Shown here: one piece after another, positions 57,544 through 59,351 of the stretch
Numbering within the stretch: position 1 is the first letter of the stretch
Layout of the letters: the number at the start of each line of letters is the position of its first letter
Origin: an uncultured Eubacteriales bacterium
GTDB taxonomy: Bacteria > Bacillota > Clostridia > Oscillospirales > QAKW01
Assembly: GCA_902492505.1 (NCBI GenBank)
Contig: CABULU010000004.1
Span: forward strand, 1-59,351
Length of the DNA stretch: 59,351 nt
Reading direction: 5' to 3'
Made by a program: the position numbers and the translations under genes
Notes under the pieces: model-generated
Told to the model about the DNA's origin: nothing
The model's database searches: none
What the model saw: only the letters and a program-made list of their open reading frames with translations

Positions 57544-58517
57544 TTATGCAGCAAGTTTAATTTGGGCTTGTCCCTTTACATTACGGACCGCCAGTTCATG
57601 TCCTTGCATCTGAAGCATCGCATAATCACTGTTAAGATCATCGAGCTGACGCTGAAGGATTTCCTCATATGTCTTCTTTTTCATCTGCAGGGCATTGATT
57701 TTCTGTAACCAGCGCTGAATGACCGCCTGCGATTCACAACCGCTGTCAATAAAGTGCTGAATACGGTCTTGGTAAAACTCAATATCCTTTTTATAGTTGG
57801 CGTAAAATTCGCCGGTCATCTTCTGACGTTGTCTTTCATCATCAACTACAAACATACTGTTACTATGTACCATACTGTTGCTTAGGTTTTCTTTGCTTAT
57901 GGCTTCAATATAGTCTTCTAACAGATTGAGCAGAGATAAATACTGCTTGGGAATAAAGAATAAATTACCCTTAATGCTGATATCGTTCGCCTGCATACGC
58001 TGGAGGATGTCGTCAATAACCGAATCTACCTGATCAGCAGTGTAACAGTTGCAGAATCGCTCATATAGCTCCTGCGCCTGTAAACAGTATTTGCGAACGT
58101 CAATATCGGCATCAAAAATCTCGTTTTCGACAAAGATAACTTCGTTTTCTCTGTCAAAGCAGATGTTGGCAAGTTCTTATACTCGTTTGTTTTTGAGTTT
58201 GGTGTTTCCTTGACAAGTTCTCGTGTTATGACCTTGGCATTCTCTTTTTTATTGTCCCTGCAGTAAATACGGTAAACCATAGAGGTACCGTCGTGCTCTT
58301 TTACTGTAACACGATCTTTTACCGCTGTTGTGGCACAACGATAAGCACTGGCTTTAGACTCTTTAGCGGGTTTAAACTTAGGTAAACCGTAAGCCCTGCC
58401 AATTTCGATGAACTTTAGCTTCGGAATTAAGATACTTGAGGTTGAATAGTAAAAAAACTTTCCAATTATACCTTCTGTCTCTTGGTTAACTGCCATAAGG
58501 CTCTCCATATTTTTCAT
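57544..58517 (-). pseudogene. Element-associated hypothetical gene split by one frameshift near 58166-58175
   Basis: ORFs 58026-58517 and 57544-57996 are joined by a continuous alternative frame (...NICFDRENEVIFVENEIFDADIDVRKYCLQAQELYERF...RMQANDISIKG). Confidence 0.55.
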
Positions 58518-59225
58518 TTAGGCGAAGCGTTCGCATTGGATTGGAAAAGAGATATTGATCTTGAAAAGAAAACTTTATCAGTGAACTATCAAATTCAATG
58601 GTTAGACGGATACTGGGAGTTTACTAACCCTAAATATGACTCTTTTAGAACAATTCTATTGGATGATTATATGGTTAGCACGCTGAAACGAGCAAAGGAG
58701 CTGCAAGACCGAGCAAAAATATTCTATGATGAATTTTATGTTCACCTGTATGTAAACGGAAATAAGCAGCTTGTTACAGAAAAAACAGAAGATTGTATTG
58801 AAGTACATATGCTTAATGTTCGTGAGGATGGTACTTATATCCAACCCAGAGTTATGCAACACTGTGGTCGAGTTGTTCATTACGAACTTGGTTATATGAA
58901 ATTTGATTACCATTCTCTTCGTCATACCCACGCAACAATGCTTATTGAAAATGGTGCACCGATAAAAGATGTTCAGCATAGGCTCGGGCATAAAAGTGTT
59001 CAGGTAACTTTAGATATCTATTCTCATGTCACTCAGAAAATGCAAATGCAAACGGTAGATATTCTTAACTGCACTCCAATTGATGTTTCTGTAACAGAAA
59101 CATCAGAGAATGCGGAGACATCGGCCTATCTTAATACAGGAGTTGATTATCAAGAGGGAATCGAAAATTCCAGTGCTAGATGGCACAAAAACAGCTCTTG
59201 GGGTACAAGCTTGTACCCTCGTTAG
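58518..59225 (+). pseudogene. int: Tyrosine recombinase/integrase, 5'-truncated (catalytic C-terminal domain only)
   Basis: LGEAFALDWKRDIDLEKKTLSV... HSLRHTHATMLIENG...LGHKSVQVTLDIYSHV covers the H-x-x-R, H and Y catalytic boxes. The core-binding domain and first Arg region are missing. The fragment starts directly next to a divergent gene start. Confidence 0.75.
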
Positions 59226-59251
59226 AGTTTGGGGTACAAATGGGGTACAAG
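59222..59251 (+). repeat. Right copy of the terminal direct repeat (TTAGAGTTTGGGGTACAAATGGGGTACAAG), overlapping the integrase stop codon
   Basis: 27 of 30 positions identical to 32721-32750. It is embedded in a cluster of GGGTACAA motifs at 59200-59258. Confidence 0.8.
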
Positions 59252-59351
59252 TACCCCAAATTCATCCCAAATATAAAAAATTAAAGAGAGTTGCCAAATG
59301 CTAACGCCACATAAGGCAGTAATTTAAAACAACATTGAAATATACTTTACG

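Larger units (their letters stand above)
32721..59258. mobile_element. Decayed integrative/conjugative element remnant carrying an AT-rich cargo island
   Basis: About 30-bp direct repeats at 32721-32750 and 59222-59251. parA, a T4CP fragment, RepA_N, a PcfM-like gene and a truncated tyrosine integrase are present. No relaxase or T4SS genes are present. Confidence 0.55.

Noticed and set aside
57351-57560. 69-aa plus-strand hydrophobic ORF
   Set aside because: It is antisense to the PcfM/DpnD-like gene, which has a strong RBS and a recognisable family pattern. The plus-strand ORF has no RBS.

Overview
Clostridia-type chromosomal segment (spmAB, abrB-metG-tatD synteny, V-type ATPase, pduL). Positions 1-32600 are ordinary backbone: an ACT/UPF0210 pair, a nine-gene V-type ATPase operon, a frameshifted cation:proton antiporter, a TPR/LRR surface protein, an (EP)17 lipoprotein, PBP1A, an LtaS-family enzyme, a secreted HExxH protease followed by two tandem paralogous lipoproteins, a MocR regulator, pduL, spmAB, abrB-like, metG, tatD, and a decayed histidine-kinase/ABC-permease module. 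From about 32720 to about 59258 lies a decayed integrative/conjugative-element remnant. It is bounded by about 30-bp direct repeats. It carries parA fused by deletion to a coupling-protein fragment, RepA_N with internal 23-bp iterons, a 5'-truncated tyrosine integrase, and other broken genes. A visibly much more AT-rich cargo island of about 20 kb (about 36821-57356) is nested inside it. The most interesting content is in that island. First, there is a compact minus-strand RiPP cluster: radical SAM/SPASM maturase, ACP-like protein, two roughly 51-aa precursors with a strict C-x6-C-x6-C-x6-C heptad core, an S8-protease::P-loop-like maturation-domain fusion, and two ABC exporters. Its chemistry is, to my knowledge, uncharacterised. 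Second, a divergently oriented agr-type quorum-sensing cassette sits next to it (LytTR regulator, AgrC-like kinase, AgrB, and an AgrD-like peptide absent from the ORF track). Third, there is a partly duplicated, IS200-scarred locus: a free-standing maturation-domain paralog, a third ABC exporter, a beta-helix-like protein, a BtrH_N-like protein and a GT2/TagF fusion. Several genes carry single-base frameshifts, which may be real decay or homopolymer assembly errors. No rRNA, tRNA or CRISPR array was recognised.
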